In this document: positions 1 through 10,400 of the stretch, piece after piece
Position numbering within the stretch: position 1 is the first letter of the stretch
How the letters are laid out: every line of letters starts with the position of its first letter
Assembly: GCA_963749495.1 (NCBI GenBank)
Contig: CAVVMW010000001.1
Location: forward strand, 64,001-128,000
Direction: 5' to 3'
From: an uncultured bacterium
Lineage (GTDB): Bacteria > Verrucomicrobiota > Verrucomicrobiia > Limisphaerales > UBA8199
Length of the DNA stretch: 64,000 bases
Translations under genes and position numbers: made by a program
Notes under the pieces: generated by a model
What the model was told of the DNA's origin: nothing
What the model saw: only the letters and a program-made list of their open reading frames with translations
Databases searched by the model: none

Positions 1-180
1 GGTCAGGACCTTGGGGACTTCGCCGGTCTTGGGATAGAAGTGGAGGCTGGCGAAATCGAGGTTCTTGCTGACGGCCTTGGAATAGAAGAGGGGTTTGGCA
101 GCCGGCCAAGTGAGGGCCCACGGGATAGCGCCGACCGTGAGGAGGCGGTGCGGGTCGTGTTTCCGGATGGCGGCGGCCAT
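1..180 (-). pseudogene. Fragment of a GH5/cellulase-family glycoside hydrolase (C-terminal half, runs off the window)
   Basis: Manual translation MAAAIRKHDPHRLLTVG...NLDFASLHFYP resembles the GH5 'AIRxxDPxHLITVG...LDFxSxHxY' segment; no N-terminal half is seen upstream. Confidence 0.5.
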
Positions 181-333
181 CCTTGCTGACACGGATAAAA
201 GCGTTTCCAACTGGGCTGGGGTCAGGAAATCGGCGGCCGCGAAACCGAGCGGCCAGGCTTTTCTGCTTTTCCCTTCCCTTCCGCCCGCTGGGGGATTAGA
301 TTAACCATCAGAAACGTAAGACCTTCTCTCATT

Positions 334-570
334 ATGCCCAACGGCACATTGACAGTGAACTTGCCCGCCGAGGAAATTGAGTTCCTCACGGCGTACGCTC
401 GGCAGCATGGGATGACCGCGGCCGAAGTAGTCGGCCGATACGTCCAGCGCCTCAGGAGTGCAACACAGCCGGCCATCCATCCTGAAGTTGCGGCCATTAC
501 CGGACTGGTGCCCCCAGAGAGCGACGCCCAGGCCGAGCATCGCCAGCACCTGCTGGAAAAGCACCGATGA
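334..570 (+). CDS. Antitoxin, DUF6364/RHH-like
   Basis: 78 aa, TLTVNL..EIEFLTAYARQHG pattern; stop overlaps the ATG of a PIN remnant (ATGA). Confidence 0.7.
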   Translation: MPNGTLTVNLPAEEIEFLTAYARQHGMTAAEVVGRYVQRLRSATQPAIHPEVAAITGLVPPESDAQAEHRQHLLEKHR

Positions 571-680
571 GAGTCCTTCTCGACCTGCGCAATGTGCCGG
601 ACTTCGCCGGTTCTCCCGTGCCTGCGCTCACGCCGAAGGATTTTCTCGCCGCACACGGCGGGACTCCTGTCGCCACGTAA
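567..680 (+). pseudogene. PIN-domain toxin with an in-frame internal deletion (37 aa)
   Basis: MRVLLDL (PIN N-terminus) joined directly to RNVPDFAGSPVPALTPKDFL (PIN C-terminus). Confidence 0.7.
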
Positions 681-699
681 GATTTTGCTCGAGACTCTC

Positions 700-1298
700 T
701 CATCAAATTTGAGCATGCCTCCTTCCCCTACCAACAGGCGCACCTGGTTCCTGGCGTCCTGCTCCGCCTGGGCCCCGGCCTGCACCGCCGCCTCGGCTGT
801 GATTTTTCCCTCGGTAAACGCCGCCACCGCCTCGACGCCTCTCATATACCAATCCCCGCCGATTTGGAACAGCTTCTCCGCATCCTCCGAGTTGAGCTTG
901 AGCTCCTTGACCAGAGGGTCCCAGCGCTTTCGGGCGCTCTCGACGAATTCCCCGTGCAGGGTCGCCCTCGCAACAGGGTCCTGCAGCGCGGTGGAGAGCA
1001 GCGTGGTCGGAGCGCCGGCGGCGGATTTGGACTGAGTTCCTCTTGCCACGCCCTTCCGGCGGGCGCGCAGCCGCGCGAGGTCTTGTTCCTGTTCGCGCCG
1101 GGTTTCCATGATGGCCGTGGTTTGCTGATCCAACTCGGCGATCCGGCTTTGCTGCGCCCCGGCCGCCTCGCTCGTGAGGCGCAAATCCTCGCGCGCGGCA
1201 TCGAGCTGCTGCGCCTGGACGGAGTTCTGGTGATATTGGTATGCGAATACGACCGCCATGCTGGCGGCGACGGCGAGCTTCACCTTGGTCCAGGCCAT
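700..1298 (-). pseudogene. Membrane-anchored coiled-coil protein, probably a remnant of the C-terminal extension of an ECF sigma factor
   Basis: Begins MAWTKVKLAVAAS + TM + coiled coil; the ORF runs on antisense through the TA pair after ~700, implying 3' truncation. Confidence 0.4.
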
Positions 1299-1308
1299 AA
1301 GTATTAAG

Positions 1309-2838
1309 CTAATTCTCCTTCCTGGATTGGATAAAGCGGCAGGCCTCGGCGGCGGCTTCGCTGAGTTCCTTATTGGGATTGGCAGTCAAGTCTTTGAGCG
1401 GCCCCAGACTCCTTGAGGTGCCGATTTGCTTGAGGACACCGCAGGCCAGGCAACGGGTCTCGATGTTCTTTTCCTTGAGCAAGGGCATCACCGCGGGTTC
1501 GGCGGCGGTGCCGATCCGCACGAGCGCCTCCGCGGCGGCGCCCTCACGCGGTGGCCGATAGAACGGTTGGTCGCTTTGTCCGCTCGCCAGCAGGTTAACC
1601 AGCGGCTCGATTGCGCGCGGGTCTCTCAGGCGGCCCAGGCCCTTGGCAACAGTGGCGCGCGTCGTGGCGTCAGGCTCGTTCAGGCCCTTGAGGAGCAGCG
1701 GCACGTGCTCTTTGGCGCCGTGGTTGGCCAGGATCGTCAAAAGCGCGCGGCGGGTGGCGTCGTCGCGCTCGCCGGCCATCGAGGCCACCATGCTGAGCAG
1801 CTCCGGCGTGGGCGCTGCCAGCCGGCTGCTGCTCAACTCGCGTGCTGCGGCCTGGCGCTTGGCCTCATCGTCCGACTTCAATTGCTCCTCCAGCTTTGCC
1901 ATTTCTTCCTCGGTGAATTTCGTTTCCGGTGCCGGGGCCGGAAGCGGCGCAATGGCCTGTTCGCGCTCTGTGCCTTCCAACAACTGCCAGCGCAGGGTGA
2001 TCATCGACCGCCGGCTCAGGTTCTCCGTCACTGCCACCGTCTTGCATTCCAGCTCGATCCGCCTCGGCAGCCCCAGCGCGCGGTCAAGCTGGATCTGGCC
2101 TTCGCCGACAGCACTGACACGGGGTTCCGAGCCGGTCAGCAGGCGGCTGTCCAGGCTCAGGCTCTTCTGCAACGTGACGATTGACGGGGTCACCTCCGTT
2201 ACCTTGACGCGGGTCTTCTGCCGCGCCGCCAGCACGCCCTGCGCGCCACGACCGGGGAAATAGCCGGGATAACCCATTCCGCCCGGCGGACTCAGGAACG
2301 TGAACGCCGGCCCCTGCAGCAGCGGCTCGTCGAGCACAAATACCTCCTCCTCGCTTTCCCAGCCGGCAGTCGCGTCGGCCGGGAATGGCTGGACCAAGGA
2401 AGCTGCCAGTTGGCCCAGTGGAATCGGCAGCGCCAGGTCGCCGGCCTGCCGAAGGATTCTGCCTCGCTCGTCTATGAGCAGCTCCTTGTCCTGGCCCGGG
2501 TAACCATAGGTGTAAGAGGAAAGCGGCATGGAGGCGCCCGGCCGATAACCCATCATTGGAGGCATGCCGCCCAGGCTCTTGGGCCGCAGTTGGCCGCGCA
2601 CGGAAAGGCCGATAAAATTCGGGGCCACCGCCCGCGAACTGACCACCAACGTCCCGGCGATGGCTTCCCGCCCGGCCTCGCCCTGACTCTCGACCTGCAC
2701 GCTGTATGCGTTGGTTTGCCCGGCGGCGACACTGCAGCGCAGGAGCACGGGCGTGACTTCAGCCGCGGCCAGCGGATCGGCACCCAGAAGCGCCGCCCCA
2801 CCGAGGATGCACAGGGGATGAACCAGAAAGCGTTTCAT
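1309..2838 (-). CDS. Secreted HEAT-repeat protein
   Basis: Signal peptide MKRFLVHPLCILGGAALLG; C-terminal HEAT repeats (RATVAKGLGRLRDPRAIEPLVNLL). Confidence 0.8.
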   Translation of the reverse strand: MKRFLVHPLCILGGAALLGADPLAAAEVTPVLLRCSVAAGQTNAYSVQVESQGEAGREAIAGTLVVSSRAVAPNFIGLSVRGQLRPKSLGGMPPMMGYRPGASMPLSSYTYGYPGQDKELLIDERGRILRQAGDLALPIPLGQLAASLVQPFPADATAGWESEEEVFVLDEPLLQGPAFTFLSPPGGMGYPGYFPGRGAQGVLAARQKTRVKVTEVTPSIVTLQKSLSLDSRLLTGSEPRVSAVGEGQIQLDRALGLPRRIELECKTVAVTENLSRRSMITLRWQLLEGTEREQAIAPLPAPAPETKFTEEEMAKLEEQLKSDDEAKRQAAARELSSSRLAAPTPELLSMVASMAGERDDATRRALLTILANHGAKEHVPLLLKGLNEPDATTRATVAKGLGRLRDPRAIEPLVNLLASGQSDQPFYRPPREGAAAEALVRIGTAAEPAVMPLLKEKNIETRCLACGVLKQIGTSRSLGPLKDLTANPNKELSEAAAEACRFIQSRKEN

Positions 2839-2902
2839 AAGCGCGATTGTGCGACGCCGCGCCACGAACACAAGACATTATCCTAAAAAGAGCAGTTCAG
2901 CC

Positions 2903-3701
2903 ATCGAGTAGAGCAGAGGCGCGAACATGATTAGGCCAATGACTTCCAGTGTATCGGCCCTTTCGGGCATCGTGGCAAACGGTCATCAGGCCATTCACTT
3001 CGTTTCCTCTGCCCCCTCTAAAATTCCGTACGGTGGGTTTTCCCCAGTACCGGCTTCAAACCCGCCTGACGCCACGGCCACCTTCGCGGGCGTGCTACCG
3101 CCCGCTTATAGGCCGTCACCGTCGGTATCTCCGTCCCCGGCGGTTGTTCCGTAGTCGGACTTGCCTCCAAGCGGCACCGAGAACTTCTGACCACGACCGC
3201 GGGTCCAGTGGCCCTTGGCTCCCCAACCGGTTGTGCTGTCCGGTCGGCTCCTCGCTTACTATGGCCACATGTGCGCCTCTGTTGGCCACCCAGCGGCTTA
3301 TGCATTATTCCGCCAGGCTGCGGGGCCAACCCGCCAGCCCCAGAGGGTCCCCAATTTACTCTGCCAGTCCTTTCACCCCATGCCGCCGCCCGTACTCCGG
3401 TGACTCCAACGATTGCCTGCGACGATGCCTTCATCGTTGGTTGTGCCTTCGCCGTTTTCGCACCGGCTCGGCAGTCACAAATCCCACGAATCCGGAACCC
3501 GTGGGTAACGTAACGAAGCTGCAGCTTTCGCTTTATGCTACGGCCTGGAGGTGTTGCTCGCCCTGCTCCGGCCAGGACTTTTACGACCGAGCTTTCGCGG
3601 GTCGGGTCGCCCCTTCCCGCGTCGGTTATCACTGTATGGTTCATCGTCAGTTACCATCGCCGGACTTCCACCGGCTGGACTGGCAGCCTTATGGGCTGCG
3701 A
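2903..3701 (-). mobile_element. ORF-less group II intron (~800 nt)
   Basis: Minus strand has domain V-like GAAGCCGGTACTGGGGAAAACCCACCGTACGGAATTTT, then AGAGGGGGCAGAGG...CGCGCCTCTGCTCTACTCGAT (domain VI, 3' AY); 5' part TCGCAGCCCATAAGGCTGCCAGTCCAGCCGGTGGAAGTCCGGC; no RT ORF. Ends are +/-2 nt. Confidence 0.8.
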
Positions 3702-4105
3702 GCGAAAAGGCGCAAAAGTCGCGAAACATGAAAGACTCTCGTGCAGCGGATCTGTCTCCGCTTGGGTGAGGATCGTGGCGAGTGCAAGTGCTTCTTTTTG
3801 CGTTTTTTGCCCCTTTTCGCGGCTATTCAACTGCCGTTTCGAGGATTATTCCTCCGCGAAATCGGGGCCCCGATGAACGCTCTCGCCACGGTGCGAGATG
3901 TCCGGACTAAGCGACATACTCATTCCAATCTGATCCTCCGACTGCATCCATGCAACCCCAAAAACGCGTGCGAAAACCGCCAGGGCGTATCCGGACGCCG
4001 CCCCCGCCGGCTGCGGCGAGACCGGAGTGGGCCCAAACTGCAAGACCGCCCCAAAACGAGGCGGGCTCAGTCCTGCACTTGCGCATTGTCAATCCGCAGC
4101 TCGCC

Positions 4106-4288
4106 TCACGCCCACAACTGCCCGTCGAGCATGCGGCATTGGATGGCTTCGGAAACGTGGTCCGGCGTAATCGATTCCGAGCCGGCCAGGTCGGCGATCG
4201 TGCGGGCGCAGCCGCGGGCGCTGAAGTTCAAGTCGGCCATCGCGAGCTGGAGCATCTCAAGGGTGGCCGCGTCCAGGGCGCAGCAGTG
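4106..4288 (-). pseudogene. comM: comM 3' fragment, diverged, lacking the YDRILKV segment
   Basis: [45 protein letters not shown] aligns to the C-terminus of the intact gene. Confidence 0.9.
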
Positions 4289-4392
4289 ATCGAGCACCCC
4301 TGGCTGGAACGCCCGCCGTCACCCGTCCGGCCTCCAAAAAACCCTTGATTTACTGGGATTCCAATGCGGTCGTGCTCAAAAAAGGTTGAATC

Positions 4393-4482
4393 TACCGAGG
4401 TTGTAGCACCTTGTAGCACCCTATGTAGCACCCTGGACCCCAAAAAGAGCCCGGATTTACCGAGGTTGTAGCAGTGTAGCAC
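4393..4482. repeat. Iteron-like direct repeats (TGTAGCA x5; TACCGAGGTTGTAGCA x2)
   Basis: Directly visible short repeats. Confidence 0.75.
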
Positions 4483-4547
4483 CTCCAGACCCCCCGAAGG
4501 GGGGCGGGGCCGGACGGACCAGAAGGGAGGCCAAGCTAATGACGCCA

Positions 4548-4700
4548 TTTCTTCAGGGTGAAACTCAGATCTCGCCCAGCACCGTGGACATCGTGGAAAC
4601 TTTCCAGCACAAGGACGACAATGAAATGGATTTCGCCGAAGCCAAAGGCCAGGAGAACCTGAAGCGGGCGCTGGAGATGGCTGGGGCCGGCGCCCACAAA
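4548..4700 (+). pseudogene. comM: comM internal fragment (codons ~166-216), inverted and diverged
   Basis: FLQGETQISPSTVDI...MDFAEAKGQENLKRALEMAGAGAHK matches [15 protein letters not shown]...[25 protein letters not shown]. Confidence 0.9.
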
Positions 4701-4707
4701 TCAGGCA

Positions 4708-4950
4708 TCAGCGGATTCGCGACAAACGGGCACGTTCCTCACGCTTCCGGGCTCGTTTGAAGTCCTGGTAGGCCTCAGCGGTGACCTGGATGAAAGCGCG
4801 GGACGAGAGGTCCTTCTTGCCTGCTTTGGTCAAGGCTGCCTGGATAAGGGCGTCGAGGCGAGCCCGGCATTGGGTCTTTTGGCCAGGCTCGCACGTTTCC
4901 AGGTCGTAGCGAGCCTGCAGGATCGCTTCCGGTTCAGGATTCCGGGGCAT
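4708..4950 (-). CDS. Hypothetical basic helical protein (80 aa)
   Basis: MPRNPEPEAILQARYDLETC...; its start overlaps the end of the upstream ORF. Confidence 0.6.
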   Translation of the reverse strand: MPRNPEPEAILQARYDLETCEPGQKTQCRARLDALIQAALTKAGKKDLSSRAFIQVTAEAYQDFKRARKREERARLSRIR

Positions 4951-5353
4951 CGAAGAGTTGCCTGAAGATCGCGGCGCGGCGGTCCGGCTTAAGGCTGCCA
5001 TGCCACTCGGCCTGAGTATCGTAGAGTTCCTCGACCATTGCCTCGAGGTCCGAGAGCTTGATGCCGGCGGCATTGCGCGGCAGACCTCCGCTCCGCCGGG
5101 CGTCGGTTACCAGTCGCTCGCCTTCCGCGATGAGCGCGGCCAGCCAGGTCTTATGATAACGCTTATCCATCGGAGTCGGTTTGCGCTCAATCATACGCTC
5201 CAACTCGGCCTGCCGGAAGAGGTCAATCGCCTTAAACCAACTGACTGCCTCCGGGAGGCGTCCGTAACGCCTGGCCTGCAAATCACGCGCATTCTGTTCC
5301 AGCACCAGGCCCACGGCCTGCCAACGAGGCGATTCGATCTCGGCCGCTCTCAT
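4934..5353 (-). CDS. Hypothetical protein (139 aa)
   Basis: Plausible composition; preceded by TTGACG-N17-TAAAAT-like promoter; coupled to the downstream ORF. Confidence 0.65.
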   Translation of the reverse strand: MRAAEIESPRWQAVGLVLEQNARDLQARRYGRLPEAVSWFKAIDLFRQAELERMIERKPTPMDKRYHKTWLAALIAEGERLVTDARRSGGLPRNAAGIKLSDLEAMVEELYDTQAEWHGSLKPDRRAAIFRQLFDAPES

Positions 5354-5409
5354 GCGCCAATTTTACGGTCTTGGCGCAGACACGTCAAACGTCAAACAGC
5401 CAGCGAGCC

Positions 5410-5523
5410 TCACGTCCACAACTGCCGGTCCAGCGAGCGGTACTGGATGGCCTCGGAGATGTGGTCGCTGAGGATGTTTTCGGAGCCGGCGAGGTCGGCG
5501 ATTGTGCGAGCTACTTTGAGAAT
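5410..5523 (-). pseudogene. comM: comM 3' fragment (last 37 codons)
   Basis: [37 protein letters not shown] directly downstream of the intact gene. Confidence 0.92.
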
Positions 5524-5633
5524 GCATCTATTCGCGTTCATTCGCGTTCATTCGCGGTTGAAGAAGCTCAACTGCCTGGTTTAGGTTTCGCTGCGAAGAA
5601 CGCGCAGACGGGGCGTCCGCGCTCCTGTGCGCG

Positions 5634-7160
5634 TCATCCCCAGATCTGGCGGTCCAGGGAGCGGTACTGGATGGCCTCGGAGACGTGGTCCGGGGCAATC
5701 AATTCCGAGCCGGCCAGGTCGGCGATCGTGCGGGCCACCTTCAAGATGCGGTCGTAGGCACGGGCGCTCAAGTTGAGGTCCGACATGGCGAACTGGATCA
5801 GCCCCTTGGCCGTCTCGTCCAGTTGGCAGAACTGCTTGAGCTCGCGCGTGCCCATCCGGGCATTGCACGTCACGCGCGCCCGCCCCTCGAAACGCTTCTG
5901 CTGCACCCGCCGCGCGGCCACGACCCGCTGGCGGATGGCGGCGGAAGACTCGCCCGTGCGCTCCGCGCTGATCTCCCTGAACTTCACCGGCGGCACCTCC
6001 ACGTGCAGGTCGATCCGGTCCAGGAGCGGGCCCGAGATGCGGCCCAGGTAGTTCTGTATCTCGCGCGGCGAACACCTCGACTCGGCGGGCATCTTGCCAT
6101 CGGGAGTCGGGTTCATGGCGGCCACCAGCATGAATTCGCTGGGGAACGTCATCGTGCCGGCAGCCCGGGAGATGGTGACGCGGCCCTCCTCCAGCGGTTG
6201 GCGCAGGGTCTCCAGGACGTTGCGCTTGAACTCGGGCAACTCGTCCAGGAAGAGCACGCCGTGGTGGGCCAGAGAGATCTCGCCCGGCGTCGGGTTGATG
6301 TTGCCCCCCAGCAACCCGGCATCGCTGGCCGTGTGATGGGGTGCTCGAAACGGGCGCCGGGTCACCAGCGCCTGGCCCGGCTTGAGCAGGCCCACAATGC
6401 TGTGGACCTTGGTCGTCTCCAGCGCCTCCTCCAGCGTCAGCGGCGGCAGAATGGTCGGCAGCCGCTTGGCCAGCATGGACTTGCCGGTGCCCGGGTTCCC
6501 AAGGAGAAGCACGTTGTGGCCGCCGCTGGCCGCTATCTCCAGCGCCCGCTTGACCGACTCCTGGCCCTTCACGTCGGCAAAATCCATATCGTCCTCGGGG
6601 GGTTGCTCAAATATGCGGGCCACGTCCACCGTCACGGGGGAGATTTGGACCTCCCCTTCCAGAAAGCCCACCGCCTCCCGCAGGTTCCGGACCGGGATGA
6701 CCTGCAGCCCGGCCACCACCGCCGCCTCGGCCGCGTTTTCGGCCGGAACCATCAGCCCGCCCGTGCCCTCCTCGCGCGCCCGCAGGGCTATGGGCAGCAC
6801 CCCTTTGACCGGGCGCACCCCGCCGTCCAGGGCCAATTCCCCCACGATCATGAAATTGCCCAACTGGTCGGAGTCCATCTGCTCGCTGGCGGCCACCATG
6901 CCGACGGCAATCGGCAGGTCGAAACTCGGCCCCTCCTTCTTCACGTCGGCCGGAGCCAGGTTGATCGTAGTGCGGCCGAAGGTGAATGAAAACCCGGAAT
7001 TGATGAGCGCGGTCATCACGCGGTCCCGCGACTCCTTCACCGCCGCATCCGGCAGGCCAACGATGATGATGATCGTGTCGCCATACCCGGCGTTCACCTC
7101 GACCTCGACCGGATACGCTTCGATGCCATTGACGGCCGCCGAACAGACCTTGGCCAACAT
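5634..7160 (-). CDS. comM: YifB/ComM Mg-chelatase-like AAA+ ATPase, intact (508 aa)
   Basis: [28 protein letters not shown], Walker [36 protein letters not shown]. Confidence 0.97.
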   Translation of the reverse strand: MLAKVCSAAVNGIEAYPVEVEVNAGYGDTIIIIVGLPDAAVKESRDRVMTALINSGFSFTFGRTTINLAPADVKKEGPSFDLPIAVGMVAASEQMDSDQLGNFMIVGELALDGGVRPVKGVLPIALRAREEGTGGLMVPAENAAEAAVVAGLQVIPVRNLREAVGFLEGEVQISPVTVDVARIFEQPPEDDMDFADVKGQESVKRALEIAASGGHNVLLLGNPGTGKSMLAKRLPTILPPLTLEEALETTKVHSIVGLLKPGQALVTRRPFRAPHHTASDAGLLGGNINPTPGEISLAHHGVLFLDELPEFKRNVLETLRQPLEEGRVTISRAAGTMTFPSEFMLVAAMNPTPDGKMPAESRCSPREIQNYLGRISGPLLDRIDLHVEVPPVKFREISAERTGESSAAIRQRVVAARRVQQKRFEGRARVTCNARMGTRELKQFCQLDETAKGLIQFAMSDLNLSARAYDRILKVARTIADLAGSELIAPDHVSEAIQYRSLDRQIWG

Positions 7161-7196
7161 GGGGGGAGTTATGAGCGCCTCGGCGCGGAAACGCAA
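7161..7196 (-). promoter_or_regulatory. Putative leaderless sigma70-type promoter of comM
   Basis: TTGCGT-N17-CATAAC-N7-ATG; the same geometry is found at three other 5' copies. Confidence 0.65.
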
Positions 7197-7336
7197 TGAA
7201 GAAGTGCGCAGGCCGGCGCCTGGGTGCACAGGGGGCTGGACCCTTTGCAGCGTTACTCCCTCGGTAAAATTCTCAGAGGGCTTGGCCACGTGGGCGGTTT
7301 CTCGAGGCCTTCCGTTGCGGAAACCTGGAGCTTGGT

Positions 7337-7443
7337 CTGTGCATCAGCCCAGACTATGGTGTGAGCCCCTTCCTGACCCCTTCCGCCTTCCGTGGACCCC
7401 TTCCGTGGCGTGTGTGCACCAGCCCAAACTATGGCCGACCCCT
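7337..7443. repeat. Two direct copies of GTGCAYCAGCCCARACTATGG
   Basis: Copies at ~7340 and ~7414; a related copy (TGCACCATCCCAAGCTATGGTCTGACCC) is on the minus strand at ~55174-55201. Confidence 0.6.
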
Positions 7444-7463
7444 TTGCACACGTTTCCATAAGC

Positions 7464-10400
7464 TTACGTTCCAGGTGTGGTTGCGCGGTAATAGCGGTAT
7501 CGGAAGTTGGCGGTGGCCGGGTCAACGAACTGGATGGTGCCGAATGTGGGTGGATTAGTGAAGATCGGCGTCCAGTGCGTCAAATCGGTGGAGGCCTCGA
7601 TGAGCACCGATCCCTGGCCGGTCAACCCAGACAAGGTGAGATGGAATTGGCCATGGCTGTACTGGATGGCCCCCGAACTGGTAACGAAGGAAACAGGAAC
7701 CCCGAGCACGCTCAATGTCGGGGCCGCGCTGGTAACCGAGCCGTAGGCGTTGGTGATGACCACGTCGTAAGTGCCTGCGTTGGCAGCGGCAACCGGATTC
7801 AACACGAGCGTGGCATTTGCCGCCGCGGTGAGATTGGCTCCGTCAAACTGCCATTGGTACACCAATGGCGCGCTCCCGGCAGCGCTCACTGAAAAAGATG
7901 CGCTGCCACCCAGAACGACTGACTGGTTTGTGGGCTGGATGGAAATTTGCGGCGCCGCCTGGCCCACAGTCAGTGTGCCATTGACCAGGCTGAGCGTGTA
8001 GTTGGTCTGACGGTTGTTCGGGTCCACGAGGCTCGGCACGATGGGGTATGTTCCCGCCGGGCTGCTGGCGGTTGCGCTGCAACTGTAGGTCGCGGTGATG
8101 TTGTCGCCGTTCGTCAAGCCTGTGATGGTCCCCGTGAACACCGGGTTGGCCGCGCCGCACAGGCGGCCTGCATTGGCCGCCGTCACGGTCAAGGAGGCGG
8201 GCGAAACGACCAGGCTGACAGTGTCGGTTGCGCTGCTGTAATCAACCGTGTCCGTCGGCGTGAAGATGACCGAAAGCGTATTGGCGCCCGCGTTGAGCAC
8301 GGCGCCGCTGGTTGGGTTATAGGCAAAGCTTCCGGGCACGTTCGCCGTGGCGTTCAACTGGTTGGGCGTGAGGGATGCGCCGTAGATGATGGGGGCGGGG
8401 TTGGCCCACGTAATGACCTCGGCCGCCTGGCCCACAGTCAGTGTGCCATTGACCAGGCTGAGCGTGTAGTTGGTCTGACGGTTGTTCGGGTCCACGAGGC
8501 TCGGCACGATGGGGTATGTTCCCGCCGGGCTGCTGGCGGTTGCGCTGCAACTGTAGGTCGCGGTGATGTTGTCGCCGTTCGTCACGCCAGTGATGGTCCC
8601 CGTGAACACCGGGTTGGCTTGGCCATAAGCCCGGTTCGCATTGGCCGCCGTCACGGTCAAGGAGGCGGGCGAAACGACCAGGCTGACAGTGTCGGTTGCG
8701 CTGCTGTAATCAACCGTGTCGGTCGGCGTGAAGATGACCGAAAGCGTATTGGCGCCCGCGTTCAGCACGGCGCCGCTGGTTGGGTTGTAGGCAAAGGCGC
8801 CGGGCACGCTCGCAGTGGCGTCCAACTGATTGGGGCCGAGAGCCGTGCCGTAGGTGATGGGGGCGGGGTTGGCCCACGTAATGACCTCGGTCACCTGGCT
8901 AGCGGAGAGCAGGCTCAACGCAAAGAGCGCTCCATCGCCCGCGCTGCCGCCATTGAAGGTCGTTGCACACAAGTTGCCGTCCGACAGCACCAACCCCGCA
9001 CAGGGATTGGCCCCGTCAAAGTTAGTCCTGGTGTTGAGGTCAGGCGCGTTGAAGGGCTCAAGCGCGCTGAAATTGTAAAGAGTGGCGAAGCCCGTGCCGT
9101 TTGTGTTGACCTCGAAGATCGTTCCCGAGCCGCCGTTGCCGCCCGCCTGCGTGGTCCCATACAGCATGGCGCCGGACAAGATCACTCCCCCCGGCGGCTG
9201 GGCCCCATCGCCGTTGGTGTAGCTCCCGCTTGAAGGGTCGGCGGAAGTGGCGGTAAAGGTGTAAATCGTGGTGAAGCCCGAGCCGTCCGTATTGAGCTTG
9301 AACACCGTGCCATTATTTCCACTGCCGCCTGCGGCGGCCGTCCCATAGAGTGTGCTGCCAGCCAAAAGCAGTTGCCCCGACGGTTGGAGGCCGTCGCTGT
9401 TCGTGAAAGTATGGAGGACGGTGAAGCCCAAGCCGTCCGTGTCAAGCTTGAACAAGGTGCCGCCTCCCGAGGCGCCACCATCGGTCGTTGTCCCATAGAG
9501 GCTGTTGCCGGCCAGCAGCAGGGGCGACGCCGGGTATGCTCCGTCATCGTTGGTGTAGGTCCCCCCACCGGGCATGGGATCGAAAGAGTGGAGCAGGGCG
9601 AAGCCCGAACCGTCGGTGTTGAGCTTGAACACGGTTCCGTTAAGCCCTTGGCCGCCAAACCGGGCGGTTCCGTAGAGGGCGCCACCGGACAGGACCAAGC
9701 CGTTGGGCACGGAGCCGTTGGTGCTGCCATTGGAGAAGCTAAAGAGGGTGGTTAAGCCTGAACCATTGGTGCCGATCTTGAACACGGTGCCGCCACCCAT
9801 GTCACCCCCGCCTGGGGCTGCGCCGTAGAGCGTGTCGCCGGACAGCACCAGTGGCCCTTCTGGCCAGGCCCCATCGCTGTTCGTGTACCAGCCCATCGCC
9901 AACGCACTGAAGTTGTAGAGGTTGGTGAAGGCGGAGCCGTCCGTATTGACCGCGAAGATCGTTCCGGAGCCGCCACTGCCACCGCCCGACATGACCCCGT
10001 ACAGCCGGTGGCCCCCCAGCACCAATCCCTGGGGATGAATCCCGTCGCTGTTGGTAGGCCACACGGTCGAGGGACCAAAGCCGCTGCCGCCGAGGCCAAA
10101 AGTGTAAACCTCCGTGCAGCCTGCCGAAATGTTCGGGCCAAAGCCTTCAATGGCGATGCCATTTTGGTCGGTCGCAAAGAGCGTGGGCGAAAAAATGCCG
10201 GCATTGGTGTAAGTGTGGGACGGATTTTGCAGAACGCTGGTGGCGCCGTCGCCGAAGGTCCAGGTCCAATTAGTGATCGTGACGCCCAGGGTGTCCACCG
10301 CCGGGGCGTTGAATTGAACCCACAGGGCAACCAGGCCGTTGGTCGGGCTGGCGGTGAACCCGATGGGCGGGTAGCCCGCCTGGCCCACAGTCAGTGTGCC

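Noticed and set aside
3018..3731. ORFs 2949..3731 and 3018..3644 as proteins
   Set aside because: They overlap structured intron RNA and show no RT or other motifs.
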